NCBI GenBank assembly: GCA_051294375.1
Contig: CM119267.1
Location: forward strand, 8,532,843 to 8,596,842
Reading direction: 5' to 3'
DNA: 64,000 nt
Source: Paraspadella gotoi
Taxonomy: Eukaryota; Animalia; Chaetognatha
The notes beneath the pieces are model-generated. The model made no database searches. It worked only from the letters and a program-made list of their open reading frames with translations, and was not told the origin of the DNA. Positions 29,401 through 40,621 of the stretch are shown here, in pieces (the stretch's first letter is position 1; each line of letters begins with the position of its first letter). The position numbers and the translations under genes were made by a program.

Positions 29401-30636
29401 TTTAAACACGAAACTGAGATAAGAAGAGGCAGAAAACAAATAGAGACGTTTCTCGAGACAAAAGAGATAAAAATGAATCCAAATGTGTCACCCAGACAAT
29501 TTGGAAACACAAAGAGAGATGGTTGGCCGAGAAAAAAGAAAAAAATTTTAGTAATGACAAAGAAAAAGAGAAAAACTTGGAGGGAATAGGATTTGCTTTT
29601 TAAGGGTTTTTTTTTTTTGGCAAATTGTTGCTGTCTTTGTTTCTACTTTGTTCTGGGATTTTTTTTCTGCCCCCGGGTCTTCGACCCCGAAATCCCCCCC
29701 CTCCCTTCGAAAAATGCCAGGGAAAACCGGGGGGGGGTAGGCGCGGTGGAAGATGGAAAATAAACAGAGCTAACCGAAGTCGACTCGGGCGGAAGGAGAG
29801 AAAGAAGGAGGTGCCGAGAACCGCGATGATAAATTCAATTATGGATCGAGTAAACGTTTTCTGTCAATATCACTCAATCGAAGCGGGAAACTCGCCAACT
29901 GGCTCAACTCTATCTTTTCTACTAAACGGTATACAGCGAGCATTGAAATATCTCGAACTATCAAATTAATTTTAAAATTTAAAATTTAAGCTAATAAAGT
30001 CACGAACATTCTTTGGCAGTTGAGATTTTTTTTTTTGGATAACGAAAAAAAAAACCGCGGAGAAAAGGGAAAAAATAAAATGGAATAAAAATGAAATGGA
30101 ATGGAATGTTGACTGAAGAAGGAAAAGCTTTTTTTTTATTTCTTTCCGGCCCACGTCTCACTTTCAATAAAAAGGCGAAGATTTTTTTTAGGGAGTAAAA
30201 ACCGAGACGAGGTGAGCGGAGGTGAAATGGAAATGGGATTATAAGCGGAGGAACATAAAGCGAGTAAGGTTTAACGTAGCTCGAGAGAGAGAGAGAGAGA
30301 GGCTGTTAAACGGTCCGAGAAGGACGATATTTTTCTCGCCTTCCCCCACCTTAGATCGATTGCTCATCGGAGACAGAAACTTTTATATTTCGGATCATTG
30401 GTCTTCACAAATAGTTATATTAATATATTAATAGTCTAAAAAAATATTGTCACCATTGAATTTCGCTAATACGCAGCAACCAACGATGCTAAGCTTTAAA
30501 AGGGTTTTTTATACAGAATGTGGTTTACGAACTGAGGAAAGCAGAAGACTGAAAAAATACTCCAGATGGAATGGGGGAAATAAGAGAAAGAGAGAGAAAG
30601 AGAGAGAGAAGAGAGAGAGAGAGAGATGAGAAAGAG

Positions 30637-30671
<35 letters not shown>

Positions 30672-30956
30672 TTTAACTTCTCCAGAAGATCATGAAAATT
30701 TTATGGATCTAAAGATCTCAGCTGATGCCCCATAAATGATAATCGGAAGACCGATGGCGAAGAAGAAAAAAAGATTAAAAAAATCATTTTCATTAAAAAA
30801 AAATATTCAATTCACAGAAGACATCAGAAAAAAGTGAATGTTTATGCAAATCTCTTTTGGGAGGGGAGACAATGCCTTCTTAGAGAATTTTGAATCTTTT
30901 CAGAAGGTATTGTGGCAGCAAGACTTAAAGCTGTCTCACTGCTCAATGGCTGAGCA
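23594..30956. repeat. Copy 3 of the repeated segment, 5'-truncated after a 25-N gap and running on into unique sequence
   Basis: Colinear with copies 1 and 2 from cgacgtctt to tggctgagca, then diverges from them. Confidence 0.9.
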
Positions 30957-30999
30957 GGCTATATCATCTCGTTACAACCGTGCGTCCTTTGTTCAATCC
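30947..30999 (+). promoter_or_regulatory. tRNA-type (Pol III type 2) internal promoter, A box plus B box
   Basis: A box TGGCTGAGCAGG (30947-30958) fits TRGCNNARYNGG. B box GTTCAATCC (30991-30999) fits GTTCRANNC. Spacing is tRNA-like. The B box is conserved in copy B (49015-49023). Confidence 0.65.
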
Positions 31000-31015
31000 C
31001 TGGGTATCCCGGTTC

Positions 31016-31097
31016 TAGCTCAATTGTGACGGAGCCGGTCTAAACATGCCAGTGACAGGAGGCGGTCACTGAGGGTCCCCAGCCCCTACGCCAGTTG
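31016..31097 (+). ncRNA. Twister ribozyme-like motif, circularly permuted (P1 closed, P5 open)
   Basis: In order: P2' TTGT (31024-27), GA, T1' CGGA, short P1 hairpin, TAA (31041-43, predicted cut U^A), P2 ACAT, GC, P3 CAGTGAC/GTCACTG (7 bp perfect), P4 AGG/CCT closing loop GTCCCCAGCC. As I recall them, validated twisters have GUCCCAAGCC or GUCCUAAGCC in this loop. Confidence 0.65.
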
Positions 31098-31318
31098 ATG
31101 AGATACCCCGCGTCCCGGGTATCACTGGCATTCCTCCCGTTGCCATAGTATTAGAACTTACACGAACTGGGGATTATTGAAAGCAAGCATTAGTTATTGT
31201 CCAATAGAGAAGAATTTTTAAAGTTTTTCGATCAAAAAACTGTGATTTAGCCTGATTTTGTTAGTTTTGAACGAATGATTTTTCTATTTTTTTTTTAATA
31301 TATATATATTTTTTTTAA

Positions 31319-32521
31319 ATGTCGAGTAAAATGAACGCGGAATGGTTCTCCCGCCACCTCAACGAGACGATCTCTTCGGTGGATTGGGGCGACAAGATCG
31401 CCGGCTTCATGAGCGCCGTGAAGATGGTTCGACTGACGACGACGAGCGGGGAGACTCGCGCCTTGGCCGTCAAGATCATCGCCGAGGGCGGAGACCGGGA
31501 GACGATCGAGGTTCTCGGGACTGTTCGCGAGGCAGACTTTTACAATTACGTCGCTGCGCTGGCGACGGAGCAGCGAGACGCTTTCGACGAGGTCCTTCCG
31601 CGCGTCTTCTTCGCCGAGAGCGACTGGACGAAGGGGACGAAGACTGTGATTATGGAAGATCTCTGCTTCAAAAGCGGCGGCGACAGCGGCGGCGGAAGCA
31701 GCGGCGGCGTCGTGAATTCTTCCTTATTCTTCGGCCCGAAATGCCCGGCGAATAAGGGCAAGGATCTGACGGCGGCGACGGCCTCTTGTCCGGGCGTCAA
31801 GGCAGAGGAGGTCGCTCGGGTCAGCTTCGTCGCTCTGGCAAAGATCCACGCAAAATTCTGGCGTCGGGAAGAACTGCAGCAGTTGACTTGGCTCTTCGGG
31901 GTTCGTTGGCGGAAGGGCGAATGGAAAGAAGGTTGGGAGTCGGTGACGAATCGATGGCGAATGGGCTTCGGCTTTTTGCGTCCAGAGTTGGAGGTCGGCG
32001 CTTTACTCCATTCGGTCTCGCCCGATCTCTTGCGATGTCTCGTCGCCTCCGCCGAGAAATTGAGCTGGGAGAATTTTCGAGAAGAGACGAAATCGACGCC
32101 GTGGACTCTGATTCACGGAGACTTTCAACCCAAGAACGTATTGTGGATGGGAAAGGACAAGAATCACAGGGCGAGGTTCCTCGACTGGGATTTCGTCGGC
32201 GTGGGCAGCGGCGCTCAAGAATTGGGTCACTACGTCATCTTTAATTTGGACGTGGCCGAGCTCGGGAAAGAGTCGCACAAGAGATTGGTGACGGCCTACC
32301 ACGAGGAATTGATCAAAATCAATCCCGGCCTCAAAACCGAATTTCCCTTTCGAATTTGTTGGGAGGAATTCGTCTATGGAGGATTTAGGAAGAGCGTCTT
32401 CATGCTGCCCGTCGTGGCGATGATTGACTCGGATTCGCTGCCCTACTACTTGGCTCAGATGGAAGGATTTAGAAGGATGCACGACATTGTGCCCGAAAAA
32501 GTCGGCTTTCCCAGAATGTGA
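31319..32521 (+). CDS. Intronless aminoglycoside-phosphotransferase / ecdysteroid-kinase-like (EcKL, choline-kinase fold) small-molecule kinase, 400 aa
   Basis: Uninterrupted GC-rich ORF. Motifs in order: AVK lysine, READFY, IMEDL hinge, LAKIHAKFW, Brenner motif TLIHGDFQPKN, metal-binding FLDWD, GSGAQELG. Confidence 0.9.
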   Translation: MSSKMNAEWFSRHLNETISSVDWGDKIAGFMSAVKMVRLTTTSGETRALAVKIIAEGGDRETIEVLGTVREADFYNYVAALATEQRDAFDEVLPRVFFAESDWTKGTKTVIMEDLCFKSGGDSGGGSSGGVVNSSLFFGPKCPANKGKDLTAATASCPGVKAEEVARVSFVALAKIHAKFWRREELQQLTWLFGVRWRKGEWKEGWESVTNRWRMGFGFLRPELEVGALLHSVSPDLLRCLVASAEKLSWENFREETKSTPWTLIHGDFQPKNVLWMGKDKNHRARFLDWDFVGVGSGAQELGHYVIFNLDVAELGKESHKRLVTAYHEELIKINPGLKTEFPFRICWEEFVYGGFRKSVFMLPVVAMIDSDSLPYYLAQMEGFRRMHDIVPEKVGFPRM

Positions 32522-33060
32522 GCTTTTGAAGCGTGACAAGGTTTTTTTTTTCCGATAAATACAAGAAAGTTTAAAAAAATTAATATTATTTTGTTTTCTT
32601 TAACATAAACAATGCCTAATTTATTTGGCGTGATTTAAGATATCCCATAGGATTTGGGAGTTAAATAGCAGAAAATTTGCAAAGGGTTCTCTCGCTTTGC
32701 TTTAATCTTGTCCAGTGTTGCTTCTTTCTTTTTAAATGATTTACCTCCTCCTTCCTCTCTCTCTCTATCTCTCGACGCATTTTTGTTCCTGAATAGCTAC
32801 GTACTATTTATTCTTAGTCCCAATTATTATTATATCTCTTCTCCTTCCCATTTGCGACCCTATAATCCCCAGCTTTTGCTCCAATTCATCCCTTCTTTTC
32901 TCCCCTTTCGCTCTTCGTGCTCCATCGAGCCTTTTCTTCTCGTCAAATCCTCGACCCCCCCACGCCTCCCTCTTTCCTCCCCGCTTTCCATGCGTCGGCC
33001 TGATTCGCGTCTTTCATGCGTCGACGCGTCGGTCGTCTCTCCGTAGAAAGTTAAAAACGT

Positions 33061-33102
33061 TCACGTGATCATGTGTCACGTGACCATGGGCCGTGACGTC
33101 AC
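33061..33102. promoter_or_regulatory. Cluster of palindromic E-boxes and a CRE
   Basis: TCACGTGA (33061-68), GTCACGTGAC (33075-84) and GTGACGTCAC (33093-102) within 42 bp. Confidence 0.45.
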
Positions 33103-35985
33103 AATTTCTCCACAGAGAGAAAACGTTTAAGTCAAGGCATCGTGATTTTTCTTTTTTTTTTTTTTGTCAACGACTCGTTGAACGAGGTTTTTCTTCATTG
33201 TGGCTTAGAAAAAAATTAGCATTTAGGTAAATGTAACGAAAGTTATTTAAACCGAAAGCTCTTATGCTAATTTTGGTTATATAACTATAAGTCAGTGAGG
33301 CCGAATTTTTTTAACAAATGAATTCGTAAATTTCACTACTAAATACAAGATTCTTTAAAAAATTTGGAAAAGTTTTTCATCAAGTACTAAACAATAAACA
33401 TGAATATTAAATAATTAACAAATAAACCTACTTTTTTTTTACCCAACCAACAACAACCACACGCACTCATTTACACACTATTTCAGCTGAGTTACTAAAG
33501 GAGAAAAAACACTTTTCGTCGCAGAAGAGCGATTGAATTTTTATTCCCACTTCCCGGTCGGCGGGTGGCGCTAGCGGCCAAAAAAAAAAATGGGGCGTGA
33601 CTCGGCGCGCGTTCCTGTATTTAATGCCGACGCACGGAAGTCTTCGCCTGAGCAAAGCGCGTGAGAGAGATAGAGAAGAGAGAGAGAGATGATGAAGAGA
33701 GAGAGAGGAGAGAGACGAGAGAGACGAAGAGAAGAGAGAAGAGAAGAGAAGAGCGATCGACCTTTTAGGCTCGCCGCGTCCCCCTTCTCATGAATCGCGC
33801 GGTGGCGTGGGTTAAGACGTGGGGTGGCAGAGGCGTTGGAGCAAAGGGCGATGGTGGGGAGGGGTGGCGGGTCGTCAGCGATCAATTTGTGTCGATGAAA
33901 CCGTCAAACTCAAGGATGAAAGGAGGAAAGATAAATCGGGTGACCCAGAGCATTTCCGTCAAAATGTGGAACCATCGGTATTGGAATCAAGGGATAGAGA
34001 CACTGGAGACGACTGGACGACCCATCGCATTTTTAAACGAGGATGAGAGCGTTCGATGAAACGAAGGGAAAAATGGCATGAACGCTTGAACAGGAGCTTT
34101 GGGTAAACAAGACGCGAGAAACTTAATATGTACAGGACGTACTTCGTAGTAAGACAAACTGATTAAAGCTGGAATTGTAGAAGTTAATCTTGCGTAATTG
34201 AAAAATAAATCCAGAGAACATCCTTTTAAATAAATAAACTTTAAAATTCCGAGTTCTTTTCGTTCTTTTTTCTCTTATCCCTTCTCTTTAGCTTTTCCTT
34301 TTCTTTTTCTTTTTCTTTTTCTTTTTCTTTTTCTTTTTCTTTACTTTTTCTTTTTATTTTTCCTTTTATTTTTCTTTTTCTTTTCCTCCCCTTTTTCTGT
34401 TCCTCCTCTCCTCAATGTTTCTTTCTTCGTCTCTCACTCTATCTTTCTCTCCCCCCCCTCCTCATTCCTCGAAGCATAAATTGCCCAAGAATCCATCCTA
34501 AGAAACGAGCCTTGATTCCCTCGAGAGAGAAACAACAATATCAATTATCTACCGCCTCCACCGCTGGAGCCTCCGCCGCAGCAGCCGCCGCCACCGCCCG
34601 GAGCGCCGCCAACGGCAGCGACGGCTCCAGTAAGCGACGTCCGTCGTCGCCGACACCAGCGCCCCCGAACGGAACCGAGAATCCGCTCTTTTCACCGACA
34701 GACCCAACACGGATGGCTTAGCGCCAACCGCCCCCCCGCGGTGCCGAGACTCCCCGACTCTGTCGGACCCGTTTCCGGCTTTAAATCCCCGCCAGCGTCA
34801 ATCTCTTTAAAAAGTGAGGCTCGTTTCTCGGGCAAATCTCCGACGCCGGGCGTTCCTCTTTTTTATTCTTACGCCGCCAGAGGGCTCAGGTAAGAAGCGT
34901 CGAAGACGAATGGTGACGACGATGACGACTGCTGCCGACTTTAGACTTAAATGATGACAAGAAAGATGACGACGATGATGACAAGGAACTGCTACGACGA
35001 CAAAGTTTAGGTTGTTGATGACTACGACGACGAAGAAGATGACGACGACGGCGTATTTTAACGATGAATGCTCTCATTAAAAATATATAACAAAGGAAAT
35101 CGTTGGTGAACTAAAAGGTGGAAATAACAGTAGAAAAAGGAGTAAAATGGAAGAAAATGGGAGAAAATGGCATCCGAGCGTCCATTTCCCTCGATGCCCG
35201 ATGGTCTTTTCAGTTTCCACTTCAAATTCCCTCGTCTTCCCCCCCCCCTTTTTTTTTCCTTCATAATTTTTTTCTCGCATCTTCTAGAGAAGAGTCTCTT
35301 TTCCCTTTTGTTTTGTTTTCTTACTTTGTTTTATTTTATTTCCTCCTCGTTTTACAAAACGGTGAGGGCGGGCGAGGCGGCTTTCCTTCGCTCTCTCCCT
35401 TGTTTTCTCTCTTCTTCTCATTTTACGGTTGTATTCCTTGTTTGTTTTTTCCTTTTCTTATTTTTTTTTCTTTGAAAGATGAGGCGAAATATGCCTTTGG
35501 CTGATATCTCTACTGTTTTTCATAAAAAGAATAGAGGCCCAGGTTGAAAAAGAAACTGTTTCTCTAAGATTCTGTTTTCGATTCAGCTCCGTTTCTCTTT
35601 TGTTTTCAGTTCCATTTCTGAAGAACAAGCGGATTTTTCTTTCTTATCTTTCCTCCTTTTTCATGTTCCCTCGTGAATGACCCACTGTTTCTATTCTTGT
35701 AGCGTTCACCCACTTTTTAACCGAGTAATGTACTGGTTATATTTTTGTTATACTGGATATATTGGTTGTACCAAAAACCAGTTGACATTAAACAAATATC
35801 AGTTCCAATATAGGATTGCGTTCTATAGCAATAACTAGATCCGCCTCTTTCACACCAGCAACCATCACCCTCGACCACGCCTCTCCACTCTCAACACGAC
35901 GTCCGCGTTGGAACCCTTGTTCTCCCTAATTAGACGCCACGGAGCGACGCCCCATAAAACCGGAAAGGACGTGGCGGAAAAAAAT

Positions 35986-36046
35986 GGACCAATCGGAGCG
36001 CGTCCTGTCGAGGAGGCCGTGGGACGAAGGACCAATCGGAACGCGG
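35986..36046 (+). promoter_or_regulatory. Paired CCAAT boxes in a CpG-rich island, promoter-like
   Basis: GGACCAATCGGA occurs twice about 43 bp apart, each followed by a CGCG-containing motif. Confidence 0.35.
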
Positions 36047-37215
36047 GGATCGACGAAAACGTTGTATCTGGCGCGAGGAGAGCAGAGATACGAGAGGCAA
36101 TTATTAACGGCCGGTGAATCTGGGTTACAAAGGAGAGACGATCTCGAAATACGCGTCTAGCGAGTTTAAGCGGAGGGGATGGTTAAGAGTCGGTTTGCTC
36201 AGGAGGGTACAGAGAGGGCGCTGCTGAGAATGTCGCGGTCTGAACGAGGCGCCCGTCGCCATGACGACGCGGATAAAGGGACCAGCCGACGTCGATTAAA
36301 ACCGAGGCTGTTTTTTAATTTCCGGAAACGAGCTCGCGACGCGGCTCGACGGCTCGACGTTGCGCGGGTTTTATTATTTTACGAGTTAATTATTAATCTA
36401 TCCAATTGGTTCGCCGTGTACACGACGCGAGAATTGGCGCGCGTCGGGGGGGGGGAAATTTAATCAGTCGGAAATTTGCTTAATAAAAATAAATTTTTTT
36501 CCAAGATTTTTTTTTTTAAATTCCAGCGCTCCGTTCCAGTCCCAAAGATATATACCACAGCGATTGTCTTCTTCAGAACTGAAAAATTTCTTAAACTTTA
36601 TATCTTCATTAAAAAGCGTTTTAAATACGCTTTAAAATTCATCCCGAGAGATTATATATCGAGCGGAAGTGAATTTCCATAGCACCGAAAAAAGAAAATT
36701 AAATAAATTAAAGACAAAAAACGAATTAAAAAAAAAAGGAACGAAAATATTTTCAAGAAAATAGGAGGCGGAAAGAAAAAAGAAAAAGGAAATAAAGAGA
36801 AATAAGAGACAGAGAGAGGAGAGACGAGACGGAGAAGAAGAGAGGAAGAATGAGAGAGAGAAGAGAGAGAGAGAAGAAGACGAGAGAGAGAGAGAGAGAA
36901 GAGCACAAGTCGCTCCATTTCCCCGCATCACCATTAAACAAAAGGGAATCCCGATGTAAAGACTTAAAACAACAAAAGGCCTTCGCTTCACTTAAGTACT
37001 GTCGGGATATTTCTGACTCGGAGAATAGTGGGGTTGCCGTATAGGGGGTAGGGGCTGGGAGCTGGATGTGGGGGCAAGGGTGTAGGTCAAGGATTCAATG
37101 AATCGAGCCTCTTGGCGTGATCTATGAAGTCCCTTTGGGGTGTCGATACAAGAGTGAACTGCGATTGGTGAAAAATTAAGACTCGTGGCACTCGAAGAGA
37201 GAGAGAGCAGAGGAG

Positions 37216-37269
<54 letters not shown>

Positions 37270-37374
37270 GAAAAGATAAAAGAAAGAGAGAGAGAGAGGA
37301 CTTCGCTTATTAGATTATTTCCGTTGGACGCCGTCGGTCTATCTTTTCTGTTTCTCTCTCATCTCTCTCTCTCG

Positions 37375-37406
<32 letters not shown>

Positions 37407-37835
37407 CTCTCTCTCTCCTCTCTTCTCTCTCTTCTGCTCTCTCCTTGTAAACAATCTTTATATCGGTACGGCAGATTAATCAGCACCCGCTTTCCCTTAT
37501 GCCAACCGTTGAAACCTTGAACACAAAACGATGTCGACCTGCGTAAGCGCGGCTCCTCCCCCTACGTCGTCAATTCTCCGAAACTGATCTTCGCTTCCCA
37601 TCGGCGCTATCGGAGCGTCGTAATCGCCAAACTGCCGTTTTGATTGCATCGTGATAACGTTTCGCATCCGTGCGAGCATAACTGCGCTGCGTTTGTTACG
37701 TGTCGCATTGATTGACGACGCCCGCGCGCGAGATTTGCGGACGAACCGCTCGGAAAATAATTGAAAGGTTCGCCCAACGCCGAGAAGGCGGATAACGATT
37801 CTGGACTGGAGAGAAGATTATAAAAAGTCGAGGTT

Positions 37836-37890
<55 letters not shown>

Positions 37891-38459
37891 CTCGGCTGCT
37901 GTTCTTAACTTCTTCAGCGATATTATTCTCTTGGAAGAAAAAGAAATTTCTTTGTACTTTGGATATTTCAACCAGGGGATTACGATGTACAATGTACAAT
38001 GTATATGTACATTGAATATTTTTCTCCTTAGTTGTTTTAGTATTTGACAATGCGTAGATTCTGAGCCTTTTTTACCAAAGCTTTTTTTCGAAGACTGATT
38101 GAAGATTTATTATCCCATCGTAAAGAGGAAAAAACGTGATAGAGCACGTGCTCTCTCTCTCTCTCTCTCTCNNNNNNNNNNNNNNNNNNNNNNNNNNNNN
38201 NNNNNNNNNNNNNNNNNNNNNNNNNNNNNNNNNNNNNNNNNNNNNNNNNNNNNNNNNNNNNNNNNNNNNNNNNNNNNNNNNNNNNNNNNNNNNNNNNNNN
38301 NNNNNNNNNNNNNNNNNNNNNNNNNNNNNNNNNNNNNNNNNNNNNNNNNNNNNNNNNNNNNNNNNNNNNNNNNNNNNNNNNNNNNNNNNNNNNNNNNNNN
38401 NNNNNNNNNNNNNNNNNNNNNNNNNNNNNNNNNNNNNNNNNNNNNNNNNNNNNNNNNNN

Positions 38460-38494
<35 letters not shown>

Positions 38495-38818
38495 TTAAAA
38501 AAGACAAACACAAGGGACCCGCTGAGCGATTATTTCCGGAAGCCGAATCTCAAAAGGGGATAGAATGTTCTGAGTCTGAGAAGATCGAGGTGGTTTCGGA
38601 ATTGGGGAAGTTAAACCTGGATTTAGTGACTTATTTTTAATAAAACGGCATAAAAGTTAAGTTGGTACAACCAATATCAAAATTATCCAACGTAAGAGAT
38701 TCAACCATCAACATTTTTATAACTTCGTATACTACATTAAAGCAATGGGATAAAAATGTAACGCGTTTAGAAGAAAGGGATGGTAGTAAGGCTATTTCAC
38801 TTGAATAGGTACTGTGTC

Positions 38819-38942
<124 letters not shown>

Positions 38943-39148
38943 AAAGTGATTTGGTTCCAGTTGGAAGACCAAAGGTCAGACTTTGACACGAGATAAGTAA
39001 GAAATGAAAAAATGGCGAGCGTGAATAAAAGGAAAGAGGAAGGAAAGATAAAAAGAAAAAAAAAGGAAAAAAAATTAGACTGAAAATAAAAAAGAAAGAA
39101 GCAAAATTTGTCGACGTCAGCGGGATAACCGTCCGAAGAAGGGGCGCG

Positions 39149-39232
<84 letters not shown>

Positions 39233-39808
39233 ACCAGGGACCTCGCCCACGGCCGGTCCGGGCCAAATAATCGCCTCGGATTTGTCGACAAATCGAGAGG
39301 AAAAATGAGGAAGGGAGAATCGCGGCGTCGATTCCGATTATGACAAACAGTGACTCGTGACCCGTGACGTGACCCCGCGCCGGGAAGCGACGGTGGAATC
39401 CTGACACCGGCGCCCGATCGCGGCGCTGGCGCTGGAGAGAAATCTCGGCGCCATATGGAGAAATTCTTTGTTTGATTTCTGCATTGATTCGTCGTATGAA
39501 TTAAATTATATTTATAAATACAAACAGTTTTCTTTCCATGCGGAATGACTTATTTATCTAAATTCAAACTCAACCAACTGAAATAATCTAAAAAAATTTC
39601 GTGGCCAAAGCCTAAATCTAACATCAAATTATTATTGAGACCTAAAAAACAAGCTCTCTTTTCCATTAGCGCCTCATTTCTGTACCTTAATCTAAGAATT
39701 TAATTTTAACTTTGAAATTTAACCTAAATATTAATATAAAGATATATTTTCATCATGGAGAAAAGTGCATTTAACCTAAATATTCTTTTAAATCTAGAAC
39801 CTCATTCC

Positions 39809-40068
39809 TAATCCTAATCCCCAACTTTAGTCCTTAATTCTAATCTAACTCTAATCCTAATCCCTAACTTTAGTCCTTAACTCTAATCTAACTCTAATCC
39901 TAATCCCTAACTTTAGTTTTTAACTTTAATCTAACTCTTATCCTAATCCCTAACTTCAGTCCTTAACTCTAATCTAACTCTAATCCTAATCCCTAACTTT
40001 AGTCCTTAACTCTAATCTAACTCTAATCCTAATCCCTAACTTTAATCCTTACCTCTAATCTAACTCTA
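39809..40068. repeat. 43-bp minisatellite (~6 units) built from degenerate telomere-like TAAYYY hexamers, part of a dispersed repeat
   Basis: Unit taatcctaatccctaactttagtccttaactctaatctaactc starts at 39809 and 39852 and continues at 43-bp spacing. Confidence 0.85.
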
Positions 40069-40584
40069 AAGCCCATATCACTAATTGCGAGCCCCTAAAC
40101 CTTAGTCTCTAATCCTAATCCCTAACCTTAATCCTACACCTAATGTCTAAACAATTCCCTAATCCTAATCTCTAACATAATCTTTCATTAAAAAAAGAAC
40201 CGAATTCCGAATTTAAGATGAAATGGGGCGTTCTGAGAAAATAATGACCCAGAAAAATATCCCGGTGAAAACTATTTAACTAAAACTGAAAAGCCCAGTA
40301 GAGAAACCATACATTCCTTAGCTCGTAAACAAACAAAAGATAAAAAAAAATAGATGAATCGATTCTTTTCATAAACTTCATTTTCTTCGTCGTTTCTTCG
40401 CTTTAAAAGAACTCGTTAGTCCCGATTCTTTTCGAACGGATCATTGCGCAAGCGCAGCGGCCCTATAGGCTGTTCCCTCCGCCGAGAGAAAAAGAGAAAA
40501 AAAAAGTGCGAACCGACAAAAGCAATTTACCCGCGAACCATAAAATAAGGGGGACCCGTCATTGTAATGGGAATTTTCTTGAAA

Positions 40585-40621
<37 letters not shown>

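Larger units (their letters stand above)
30911..31147 (+). mobile_element. Solo-LTR-like element, copy A (237 bp), with tRNA-like promoter and twister-like ribozyme
   Basis: Ends TGTGGCAG...CGTTGCCATA form an imperfect inverted repeat. Flanked by direct repeat GTAT (30907-30910 and 31148-31151). Homologous 236-bp copy at 48927-49162 has a different TSD. Confidence 0.8.

Noticed and set aside
4159-30956. rDNA or histone-type tandem array suggested by the 9.4-kb period
   Set aside because: No rRNA, histone, 5S or snRNA sequence recognised in the unit.
30940-31010. Bona fide tRNA gene
   Set aside because: A and B boxes are present but I could not build a cloverleaf or acceptor stem, and it is embedded in a TSD-flanked element.
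31342-32539. Overlapping and antisense ORFs within the kinase gene
   Set aside because: Shadow frames of a GC-rich CDS with no motifs.
39809-40180. True telomere or CRISPR-like array
   Set aside because: Degenerate 43-bp units are interstitial and have no unique spacers.
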